A DNA stretch of 20,042 bases from Octopus sinensis (GCF_006345805.1 NW_021824100.1:1-20042), one strand, 5' to 3'. Counted from the stretch's first letter, positions 9,182 through 19,762 are shown. The notes: generated from the sequence alone by a model not told the origin. A program made the numbers and translations.

Positions 9182-9565
9182 GTGTTGATAATTCCTCATT
9201 TCTTAAATATAGAACTGTATTAATCATAGACAATGAAAAATTGATATTATATGTATAAATGTTTACATACGGATCTCTTCGCGTCCTATCATATTCGTTG
9301 ATTTCAAATTCAAATTTCTAATTCCCCCTTTCATTATAAGGAAATGGTTTTCTTCCTTTGTATCAATAGCAATCCAGAGAACGCTACGCGTGGTTCCAAT
9401 AGAATGATCGATTGTGAACTGTTTTGAAGTAAACAATTAATCTGTAACAATTTCTTGAAATATGTTCACTTGCAACCACCAAAACCTTCTGAGTTCGAAT
9501 CAATTTGGAGACAGATACTGAAGAATTTCTCAAGGGAAGTGGATTGACTGAGGCCTTAGGTAATT

Positions 9566-9780
9566 GATAGAGATACCTTGTGGTATTTGTTTTGGGATTT
9601 TTTTATATGTTCTGGTAGCAGCATCTGCAATGACACTGGTGCTAGGTGGGGTGAGCCCAAGTCGGTGGTGTTTTCCTTCCCTCGGATCAGTGGTTTTCAA
9701 CCATTTTTTGCGACCTAACACCAATGTCATCGTAGATGCTGCTGTCAGAACGTAAAAAAACACCACAAGGTATCTCTACC
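9566..9780. mobile_element. MITE-like foldback element, 215 bp, flanked by AATT
   Basis: Arms 9566-9647 and 9713-9780 (gatagagataccttgtggt / accacaaggtatctctacc; gttctggtagcagcatctgcaatgacactggtgctaggt / acctaacaccaatgtcatcgtagatgctgctgtcagaac). AATT at 9562-9565 and 9781-9784. Confidence 0.7.
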
Positions 9781-9806
9781 AATTTTCTAACGTCTCTGCT
9801 AATCCA

Positions 9807-9852
9807 TTGAATAGTACTTCCCTTGAATAGTTCTTCTCTTGAATAGTACTTC
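9807..9852. repeat. 16-bp minisatellite, about 3 units (ttgaatagtacttccc)
   Basis: Units start at 9807, 9823 and 9839. Confidence 0.9.
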
Positions 9853-9984
9853 GGTATTTATTTCCAAATTGATTTCAACCTATGGCCCCATTGCTTCTGA
9901 CTTTACTCTACTATATTTAAAAAAAAACTATTATATTTATTTAATTAAATATTATTACGAATTGTATATAAACGACTACTCCTT

Positions 9985-10376
9985 TACTTATTTCAGTCAT
10001 TTGACTGCGGTCATGCTGGAGCACCGCCTTTAGTCGAGCAAATCGACCCCAGGACTTATTCTTTGTAAGCCCAGTACTTATTCCATCTGTCTCTTTTGCC
10101 GAACCGCTAAGTTACGGAGACATAAATACACCAGCATAGGTTGTCAAGCAATGCTGGGGGGACAAACACAGACACACAAACATACACACATATATATATA
10201 TATACATATATACAACGGGCTTCTTTGAGTTTCCGTCTACCAAATCCACTCACAAGGCTTTGGCCGGCCCAGGGCTATAGTAGAAGACACTTGCCCAAGA
10301 TGCCACTCAGTGGGACTGAACCCGGAACCATGTGGTTGGTAAGAAAACTACTTACCACACAGACACTCCTGCGCCT
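9985..10376 (-). mobile_element. tRNA-derived SINE, family A, near full length
   Basis: Minus-strand head aggcgcaggagtgtctgtgtggtaag, B-box-like ggttcagtccc, body ttgggcaagtgtcttctactatagcc...ccttgtgagtggatttggtagacggaaac, internal microsatellite, tail ggcggtgctccagcatgaccgcagtc. Confidence 0.9.
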
Positions 10377-10998
10377 GTTAAAATATTTTATGAACTGTAG
10401 AAGAATAACCAATTTATTGCAGCTAAATTTTGACAATGAAATCTGATATGGATCCATAGAGGTTGTGAGGACCCCGTTTGAGAAACATTGTCTCCGATAA
10501 ACATCGATGGCATTGAAAACGGTAAATTTTCGTTCAAGGATGGCTGCTAAATTTCTTCGAATATTCGTACCCAGGCCCCAGCATACATATGCAACTATGC
10601 AACAGTCAACTATGACCGACGGAGACCCAATAGGGTAAAATCACTGAACAGACTGGAAATTTGCGACGTTTCTCAATTGCTAAAAATGCTATCTCAGACC
10701 GTAAATATATAGAATATATTAGACCTTAAATATGTCGGCAAAAACATATACACAGACGCTAACACTAATATTAGCTAAACTAGGCATTTATGAAAGGTTA
10801 CAGAGTTCGGTAAAACACTAAAGGATTTAGCAAATAAATATATTTCCGACCACTTCAGAAAATCAATCGGCTTAATAATAATTCTGTGAAGAGCAATGGA
10901 CGGTTCTCTCCCTTATTTTTTCACTTTCTCATTTTCCTTTTCTCTCTCACTTTCTCCATTCTTCTCTTTTTATGTATTTAACTATCCATCTATCTACT

Positions 10999-11158
10999 TA
11001 CACACACACACACACACACACATATATACATATATAAATATATGTATATATATATATATGCATAAATACATATCACTTACACACAAACACGCACATATAT
11101 ATACATATATATATAAGAATATAATGTATAGATATAATATATACATATAATATATATG

Positions 11159-11249
<91 letters not shown>

Positions 11250-11410
11250 ATATATATATATATATAATATATATGTATATATATATATATATTATATATA
11301 TATATATGTAAAAGAATATATATGTATATATATATACAATATTCTTTATCTGTCTATATATTATATATATAGAAGCTTAACCCCCCCCCCCCACACACAC
11401 ACACATATAT
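10999..11410. repeat. (CA)n / (TA)n low-complexity tract
   Basis: Read directly from the sequence. Confidence 0.95.
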
Positions 11411-11872
11411 ATGCACATAAATACACATACTCACGTAAATTATATAAACATGTGTTCCTGGATGTTCCAGTGTCTGTGGATTTGCGTATGTGTGCGTGTG
11501 TGCATGTTTGTGAGTGTATGTGTATGTGTATGTGGTGTAGGAAATGTGTGTATACGTGTGTGTTTAGGCGCGCGTCTTTGTGTTTGTGTGTGTTCGATGG
11601 GGTGTCGAATATCTCATTGAATGAGCAAAATTACAAAACATTTCATTCAGAAATATTGGGCGTGTTAACTTAACAATTGCTATTGAAGCTATAATTACTG
11701 TGGTTCCCGTTTGTTTTCGTTTCCTCCAGATACGAGAAAATGGAGGCGAAAAACCGTACTAAGGCAGTAACAGCAAGATTAATACTGAAATTAAAAACAA
11801 TATTACCAAGAACAATATTCATGATTGTGAGAAAGATAATAAAGATTATTAAAATAATAGCTGTGTTGGTAA

Positions 11873-12042
11873 CGGTGGTGGTGGTGGTGGTGGTAGTGGT
11901 GGTACTGGAGATGATAATAATGATATATGTAGTAGGGATGCTGGTAGGACTGGTGGAGTAGGGATGGTTGTGGCGGTGGCGGCAGCGGCGGTGGTGGTGG
12001 TGGTGGCAGCGGTGGTGATGATGGTTTGGTAACAGTGGTGAT
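11873..12042. repeat. Degenerate (GGT)n / (GGC)n trinucleotide tract
   Basis: Read directly from the sequence. Confidence 0.85.
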
Positions 12043-12099
12043 GTTAGAGCTGAGGGGCCTGATTCTAATAATTATAATTTTAACGGAAAATAGGTAAAT

Positions 12100-12205
12100 G
12101 TGTTTAATGTATATACATACATATATGTATATATACACATATATATATAAATACATATATACATATATATGTTTGAATGTATGTATATATATATATATAT
12201 ATATC

Positions 12206-12238
<33 letters not shown>

Positions 12239-12251
12239 GTGTGTGTATATA

Positions 12252-12289
<38 letters not shown>

Positions 12290-12372
12290 TATATATTATA
12301 TATATATATAATGTAAATATATATATATATATACATGCTTACATACATATATACATATATATTCGTGTATGA
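12100..12372. repeat. (TA)n low-complexity tract
   Basis: Read directly from the sequence. Confidence 0.95.
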
Positions 12373-12968
12373 ACAAATACATTAAATATCATACTTACAT
12401 GCACAGTACATTGACAACAACTTTACACATGGGCATATAAAATATATATACGTTAAATGTACGAGTTTGCGTACAAACTACAATTAATTGTATTCTACAG
12501 ACATAAGCGGAATCATAATTTACGGAAGACATATATAAGTCATAAAGGGTTTCAGATAATTACGTTCAAAATTCTGTCTGTGCGTCCACAGCAAGCCCCT
12601 GCCACTGCAATGTATTATATTCTGGTACTAATGAGTAGGTTCGATAAATTATTGGTGTAATAAGCATTTAGGAATTTCGGAAGGACGTAAAATAATTTTT
12701 GGGGGAACGGTAGAACACGAAGCAGATATAAAGCTGTAACTAATATCGTGAAAATATTGGGCGAAAAATATAAACATTGGATAGAAAATGCTAAAAGGGT
12801 TTTTCAACCATATACGATATTATTTATGGCTTTATCGGCTTTGTGATTCATTGTTCCACAACAGGAATTATTTCACGTTCTCTCGAAGTTTTATATTTCT
12901 TTTAACATCAGCAACAAACAACTCTCGTAGTAAGAACAAACTTTCTAAACTGTATAGAGAAATTCGAT

Positions 12969-13035
12969 GGGTTGCTCTGGTCAATTGGTAGAACGCCCGT
13001 CATGTTCAAAGAACTTGTAGGTTCATGCTCCAGGG
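12969..13035 (+). mobile_element. Decayed tRNA-like SINE head
   Basis: A-box-like tggtcaattgg and B-box-like ggttcatgctcc at tRNA-like spacing, with no intact cloverleaf. Confidence 0.4.
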
Positions 13036-13179
13036 TCATCCTTCAACTTGCTCTAAAGAAACGGTTTTTACCCAACATTTGTGGCATTACCTGTATCCTT
13101 TCCCCCAAAAGATATATCTTTAATTTGTTTTGATCATTGCCCCAACGAGTTTAGTTGAGCATGTTTCGTCTTACGTCTG

Positions 13180-13304
13180 GTTCTTATTCCAGCAGTTCCA
13201 ATGCCCGAGCTGCTAAGTTATGAAAACGTAAATATACGACTGCAATTGTCAGGTGGTGGTGCGGGGGTCAGATGCAAAATAGAGACACGCACAAACACAC
13301 ACAA

Positions 13305-13337
<33 letters not shown>
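13180..13337 (-). mobile_element. Highly decayed SINE family A body fragment
   Basis: ctgctaagttatgaaaacgtaaat...attgtcagg...ggggg followed by (CA)n resembles 10106-10190. Confidence 0.5.
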
Positions 13338-13654
13338 TGTTTAAATCCGACAGGCAGTCTTGGAATTCTATCCAAGAGTGTTTTGTTTCGCTATTCGTGA
13401 CTTCTTGAAGTTTGCGAGAAATTAATCCTCAAACAAATCCAAGGCAAACCTTGAAGAGAGGAGGCATGTCGTTGATGAGGTCGCGAATAACGACGACAGG
13501 GCTTTGACAAACAAACAACACAATTGATAGTTTATCCAACATATTAAACATGTGTTCGACTAGTTATTTTGTTAGGTATTTATCAATAAAGAGGTGATGT
13601 TCAACCAGTGTGAGTATTCATTATTATTGGTGTAATGACCGTCTCAAGACAAAG

Positions 13655-14045
13655 CAAGATATATATGCATATGCATATATATACATATATATGCCTGTAT
13701 ATGCATAAGTATGTATGCGTGTATGAGTGTGTGTATGAATATATATATATAAATATTTACGCACACACAAATATATTTATAATACATAAATACATGTATA
13801 GTATATATACATACATATATATGTGTGTGTGTATGATGTATATACATACACACACACACACAAAACGCGCGTGCGCGTGTGTGTGCAAACTCTGATAAAG
13901 TTTGCCTGATCTAAACGGTTGTTTAGTGTGTGTATGTGTATACATACATGCATACATACATACATACATGAATGCATGCATACATACATACATACATACA
14001 TACATACATACATACATACATACATACATACTTACATATATATAT
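13655..14045. repeat. Compound TA / TG / CA / (TACA)n microsatellite field
   Basis: Read directly from the sequence. Confidence 0.9.
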
Positions 14046-14219
14046 GATTTCAGGTTATAATCACTGCGGGGAAGGGAAAGACATACAATAAAACATTTCG
14101 TGGATTTGCTAAACTAATTTTAATGATAGTTCCTGGAATTTATGCACATAGATGAAAATGGTTTTGTTCCCTACCACGAATAAATTCGAAGTCACCTTGT
14201 GCCTATTATCTTTCACATG

Positions 14220-14225
14220 CGCACA

Positions 14226-14256
<31 letters not shown>

Positions 14257-14395
14257 CCACACACACACACACACATGAACACATGCACACAACACACGTA
14301 CACACATAAACACACATATGCATTTCTTTTTACATAAACCTACACACACTCACACACACCCACTCTCACACACACACACACACACACACACACAT
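14220..14395. repeat. (CA)n microsatellite field
   Basis: Read directly from the sequence. Confidence 0.95.
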
Positions 14396-14798
14396 TCACG
14401 CATTCAAATCCCGCTATGTCAACATATATTCACAGAAGCACAAATAGGAAATACGCATACGCACATAAAAAGGCACAGAATTACACGCGACCACAGACAC
14501 ACATAAACATACTCCTGAGCGTTAATAAATATACACGCGCTGACACATAGGAAAAACAAATAATTAGACACACCAAAACACACTTTATTCATACAGCATT
14601 CATAAATTGATTATGACTCCTGTCACATGTAAATCAATACTGTGTTTCAGGGTTTTTCTAAGTTTTTCGTTAATCACTGGTGCTAACACGCAATTTTAAA
14701 CATAGCGTTCTGCATTTGAAATGGCATTTCAGGCAAGGGTGCTATTTAGTGTATATGGTTGCACAACGGCATAATGGTAAACAGCGAAATACGTGTGA

Positions 14799-15296
14799 GC
14801 AATGATGCATTTTACGGGTATGTGCTTGTATAAAAGAAGTGATGGAACGGCTGTAGATCTAATCAGTTGGATGTGAATGGATTTGGTAAAAGGAATGTTG
14901 ATACTAAAAGGGAAAACAATTTGGGTATCAAGTTCGTTACCTACCCTCCATTGAAGAAAGAAATTAACCCCCGTTGAGGCTGATATTTTCAATATCTTAG
15001 AAAGAGAAATGCAAATATTACGAGTCATATTAGAAAAAGAGTTAACAATATTAGAAACCTGCAACACACACGTTTCTTCAGAAAAAGAAAGAAAAGTACA
15101 AACGTTACGAATGGCTGCTCATTGCGTTGACAGCTTTCCAACACCATTACTATCATCCATAACAGAACCATTGCCAGCACTTTAAGAAACAGCAAATATT
15201 CTAAAAGCAGATGACATATTGGAAGCTTTAGCGTTACGTGAACCGTACATTACTTTTAAAGATCATAACGATAATTTTCATGCCAACTTTATATAG
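14799..15296 (+). pseudogene. Unidentified coding-like relic (166 codons, 3 internal stops)
   Basis: Frame +3 reads ...RKKLTPVEADIFNILEREMQILRVILEKELTILETCN...*ETANILKADDILEALALREPY... Stops at 14874, 14952 and 15183. GNN codons look frequent and the other plus frames are stop-rich (judged by eye). No family recognised. Confidence 0.3.
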
Positions 15297-15764
15297 AGAT
15301 TAATAAATCTGAAGGAAACTGAGATAGGCAATTTCAGTAAAAAACAAAAATATAGATTTTATAATTTTTATCATCACGTAGGTAACTATTGACACCTACA
15401 CGCGTGCATACACACACATACATGAAAAATTGACTGATCTTATATAAAGCATCCACAGAGAATAAACGAATAAAACTATAACACAACGTATAATGATCCC
15501 AACGCGATACGTCACACACAACAGAAACACCGCTCCGCCTACGAGAGTAACGTATCTGGCATCCCTGAGTTTTCCCATCTAGGCATGAAGATGCTGCTCA
15601 GTGTGTGTCATAGAACTTTCCAGGTCTCACAATCTTATCTTTACTATATGAACATACTGTGTTTTATGACTAAGAAGCATTCATATTCTAATTAAACTTC
15701 CATAACTACACACTTTACAGTGCCGCGGGCGCATATCTGTATGCAGATGTATACGCACAGCCCT

Positions 15765-15942
15765 CATATATGTATGTATGCATATATGTGTAAATATATA
15801 TATGTGTTTTCATGTGTGTATGTGTGTGCGTATAAACATTTATGACAGACAGATAGATAGATAAGTAGATAAATACAAACTTATATACATACATACACAC
15901 ATACATACGTACATACATGCATACGTACATATATACATGTAG

Positions 15943-15981
<39 letters not shown>

Positions 15982-16235
15982 CAGCGATGTGTATGTGTGT
16001 GTGTGTATAATAGATAGATAGATACATAATGCATACATACATACACCTACATATATACATACATATAATAGACAGATACATGTGATAGATAGATACATAA
16101 TGCATACTAATATATATATATACTTATATACATATATACATACATACAGACAGACAGACAGTCATGCATGTAGATCGAGAGACATATAGACAGACAGTGA
16201 TGTGTGTGCGTGTGTGTGTATCTATGTGTGTGTAC
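15765..16235. repeat. Mixed tetranucleotide/dinucleotide microsatellite field with internal higher-order duplications
   Basis: catgtagatcga at 15936 and 16167; gatagatagatacataatgcatac occurs twice. Confidence 0.85.
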
Positions 16236-16749
16236 CAGTGTGTTTGATTATATATGGAAGAATATATATATATTCATATGCTACGATCATATGGGTGTCT
16301 ATTAAACGAAATAACTTGTATTTCGATGGTTCAGTAATTCTCTAGAATGCTTATCAAAAGTAATTCCTCTTGTCTGATATGACTTCTGCTTTTGTGGTAG
16401 TTGAAGAAATCAGGTAATCCATAATATTTCTAGACAAACACTGACGCAGAACAAGAACACCTTCAGAACATATTCACGAATAACCACAGCTACATACATA
16501 CAAATAGTGTTTTATATTGAAACACTTGACCTGAAACACACGCATTCAAAGAGTTTAAAATTCTCAATATATGTATCGGTTCATATGCACAAGTGTACAT
16601 GCATTTATGCATTATGTAAGCGTATGTTAACAGACTGAGACCCATGCAATCACACAGACACGCACACATTCGTAAATATACCGAGAGACAGACAGACAGA
16701 AAGACAGAAGGACAAGCTGTAAATATATATAGACTTAGAGTGAGCAAGT

Positions 16750-16987
<238 letters not shown>

Positions 16988-17136
16988 CTGGCCACGCAGG
17001 GATGGACACACAAGGAACAAAATACAAAGTAGAGCTTTTCTTTTTGGGAAGAAGAGAAGGAAAAAAGGGTCGAATTCCGATCAAAAGGAATCATGAAAAA
17101 AAAGGTGGGGACGATCAATAGGGATTGTGTATCATA

Positions 17137-17137
17137 T

Positions 17138-17205
<68 letters not shown>

Positions 17206-17206
17206 A

Positions 17207-17303
<97 letters not shown>
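17137..17303. repeat. (GATA)n / (GACA)n microsatellite
   Basis: Read directly from the sequence. Confidence 0.95.
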
Positions 17304-17304
<1 letters not shown>

Positions 17305-17628
17305 GAAAAGTGCTAAAATCGAATGACGATTACAGAAAGAGTAAATAAAAGAGAAGGAAAAAAATCATACTCCATTTTAATAATTACCTTTTTGTCAATC
17401 GATGACTTGAAGCTAAATCTACCTGGATTTGACCCAATTTGACAGAACCATTTAAATAGTTGTCTCTTCAGGCTCAAAAAATTTACTTCACTGAGAAAGA
17501 ATCGCAAGGCATTGATTTGAAGCAGTTACAAAATTATCTAGGCGCAGTTTCTTTTATTTTATTTCAGGCACAGATGGTAATTGTGTCAAGAGATGGTGAA
17601 AAATGGGTCAAATTTTCTATGCTCTCTC

Positions 17629-17681
17629 TATATATATATGTACAAACATCCATACATATACACATACACACATACATAGGA

Positions 17682-17773
<92 letters not shown>

Positions 17774-17975
17774 TGTATGTGTGCATGTATGTATATATGT
17801 ATAAATATATGTGTGTGCACCTCAGTGTGAATATATATACATATGTATATATATGCGTGTAAGTATGTATGTGTATATATATATATATATGTGTGTGCGT
17901 GTGTGTAAGTATTTAATATATATATATATATATGTGTGTGTATATACATACATATATATACATATACATACATAA
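17629..17975. repeat. (TA)n-dominated microsatellite field
   Basis: Read directly from the sequence. Confidence 0.95.
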
Positions 17976-17980
17976 TTTTG

Positions 17981-18174
17981 CAGTAATCCCTCGACTATCG
18001 CGGGTGTTACGTTCCAAACCACCGGTGCGTATAGTACTGTATATATATTATTATTTTTATAATTTATATATATATTTGTTTTATTATAAATGCAAAACAA
18101 CACCATGGAGGAATCAACGTAAGCTTAAAAAATAAACCGCAATATGTGAACTTCGATATTGCGAGGGATTACTA
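17981..18174. mobile_element. Tigger/pogo-like MITE (Tc1/mariner superfamily), 194 bp
   Basis: TIR cagtaatccctcg (17981-17993) versus cgagggattacta (18162-18174); TA on the right flank and TG on the left; subterminal hairpin cgcaatat/atattgcg (18138-18163). CAGT...CCTCG termini are typical of Tigger-like elements. Confidence 0.7.
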
Positions 18175-18190
18175 TACATATATATATATA

Positions 18191-18506
18191 GTAGTGGTAC
18201 AAGGCACCAATGTATACTGGAAATAGCAGTCGATGAATTTACGATACTATAATAAAGATTTACTGTGTATATACTGGTAAAGACGTTTGAGGGCAGCAAA
18301 CATAAGAAATTTCGTCTTACCTCTAGGAAGAACATTAGATAAATGGACAGCCCAGAATCGGATAACCTAGTACCTAGGTTTCAGACTCACCAAATACGTT
18401 TGTTATTGTAAATTTGATCAGACTTCTTCATCTAGATTTACCTAGACAATATTTCAAATGTTGCTACATCAATGCCAGTATACTCGCCTGAACGCCTAGC
18501 CGTTGC
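18191..18506. mobile_element. Unclassified ~315-bp insertion between (TA)n tracts, possibly a solo LTR
   Basis: Unique sequence bounded by TA tracts; ends (a)gtagtgg...ccgttgca, close to TG...CA; AATAAA at 18251-18256. Confidence 0.3.
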
Positions 18507-18596
18507 ATATATACATATATATATATATATACAAATTATGTATATGTATATTTTTATATGTATAGGAGTGTGAGTATATGCACTCATATGTATATG

Positions 18597-18729
18597 TATA
18601 TCTCCGAAGAGGCCTTATGATATTTTTGTAAATGTCTCATTTATATCTAAATATTGACCTACCATATAAGGCTAATATTGGTAAAATGAGACATACTTAT
18701 CTACATGGCCGAAACAGCTGTAAGATGTA
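18597..18729 (+). ncRNA. Type I hammerhead ribozyme motif, family 2, with extended helix II and U4C core variant
   Basis: TATATCT(18597-603)-CCGAAGA(18604-10)-GGCC...GGCC(18611-14 / 18707-10)-GAAAC-AGCT-GTA(18711-22)-AGATGTA(18723-29). Helix I is 7 bp with one G-U; inner helix ATGTCTCATTT / AAATGAGACAT (18632-42 / 18684-94). Confidence 0.7.
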
Positions 18730-18978
18730 ATCTATACTTATATTTATATTTACTTATATTTATATTCTCTTTTTTATATTATTCTACTACTTATTATACA
18801 ACATTACTCTTTTATGTACACTTTTTTATGTACATTCCTTATGTACACTGATTTGTTCTGCTTTTTTATGTTTAACCCTACAGTCTCTTATGTGGTGGTT
18901 TAATAAAGTATGTGATTGAGTATTATCTGGTAATTGATATTTGATTTAGATGTATTTCTCCATTTTCTTATCTTGTAT
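18597..18978 (+). mobile_element. Putative Penelope-like pseudo-LTR (hammerhead, T-rich tract, AATAAA)
   Basis: The hammerhead is followed by T-rich sequence with short tandem duplications and AATAAA at 18902-18907. The unit lies between TA tracts, and no RT or GIY-YIG ORF is present. Confidence 0.45.
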
Positions 18979-18994
18979 ATATATATGATTGATT

Positions 18995-19034
18995 GATTCT
19001 AGTTTCAGCTCATGAGCTGTGGCCATGCTGGGGC
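18995..19034 (-). mobile_element. Extreme 3' fragment of a family-A-like SINE
   Basis: tttcagctcatgagctgtggccatgctggggc resembles tttcagtcatttgactgcggtcatgctggagc (9991-10022). Confidence 0.6.
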
Positions 19035-19035
19035 T

Positions 19036-19066
<31 letters not shown>

Positions 19067-19291
19067 GCAACGGCTAGGCGTTCAGGCGAGTATACTGGCA
19101 TTGATGTAGCAACATTTGAAATATATATATATATATATATACACCAACTGGAATATCATGATAAAAAATTAGATATGAAAAGAACAGTTCGGCATGTAAT
19201 ATGCTTATAGCTAGCGCAATCAATAGCCAAGAACTGATTGTTATCTCTCTTGACAAAATTTTACGAACCTATATATATTTTTTACTACTCT

Positions 19292-19491
19292 AGGCACAAA
19301 GCCTGAAATTTTGGGGGAGGGATCGAGTCGATTAGATCGACCCCAGTACGTAACTGGTACTAAATTTATCGACCCTGAAAAATTAAAAGCAAAGTAAACT
19401 TCGGCGGAATTTGAACTCAGAGCGTAAAGACAGACGAAATACTACCAACCATTTCGCCCAGCGGATAACGATTGTGCTAGCTCACCGGCTT
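19292..19491 (-). mobile_element. tRNA-derived SINE, family B
   Basis: Reverse B box ggaatttgaac (19406-19416), atcgaccccagtacgtaactggtac, head ...gctagctcaccggct. Inverted relative of 4531-4744. Confidence 0.85.
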
Positions 19492-19674
19492 ACGAATCTA
19501 TATATGTTGTTATATCACATGTTCGATTATGTGCATAAGTATATGAGAAAGTGTGCATGTATATACGGGGGTGTGCGCGCACGCGCTTATGCATATGCAT
19601 GCAAATTAATCATCCTTTGGTACTCATGATCTATTTTTCCCACTCTATTTGTACCTATGTGCTTACTTTTGTCT

Positions 19675-19699
19675 GTGTGTCTATCTATCTATCTATTTA

Positions 19700-19737
<38 letters not shown>

Positions 19738-19762
19738 GCTATATATATATATATATTTATAT
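19675..19762. repeat. Compound (CTAT)n-(CT)n-(AT)n microsatellite
   Basis: Read directly from the sequence. Confidence 0.9.

Larger units (their letters stand above)
18449..19124. repeat. Perfect 83-bp inverted repeat (18449-18531 / 19042-19124) with a 510-bp spacer
   Basis: atatttcaaatgttgctacatcaatgccagtatactcgcctgaacgcctagccgttgcatatatacatatat... is the exact reverse complement of the right arm, including the single C interruption in the TA tract (18514 / 19059). Confidence 0.95.

Noticed and set aside
9807-9852. CRISPR-like short repeats
   Set aside because: These are head-to-tail 16-mers with no spacers and no cas genes, in a eukaryotic context. It is a minisatellite.
9688-10490. Possible hAT element: cagtggttttcaacc versus caatgtttctcaaac (11/15) with flanks cctcggat / tctccgat (6/8)
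   Set aside because: The left end lies in the loop of the better-supported AATT-flanked foldback, whose arms would straddle the boundary. The nesting is inconsistent and the matches are weak enough to be chance.
10507-10638. 43-codon frame / AG-GT bounded segment (MALKTVNF...GDPIG)
   Set aside because: Too short, with weak splice signals and no homology recognised.
11803-12156. Poly-Pro/His ORF resembling a transcription-factor low-complexity region
   Set aside because: It derives from a degenerate (GGT)n tract and starts in (TA)n. There is no domain and no splice context.
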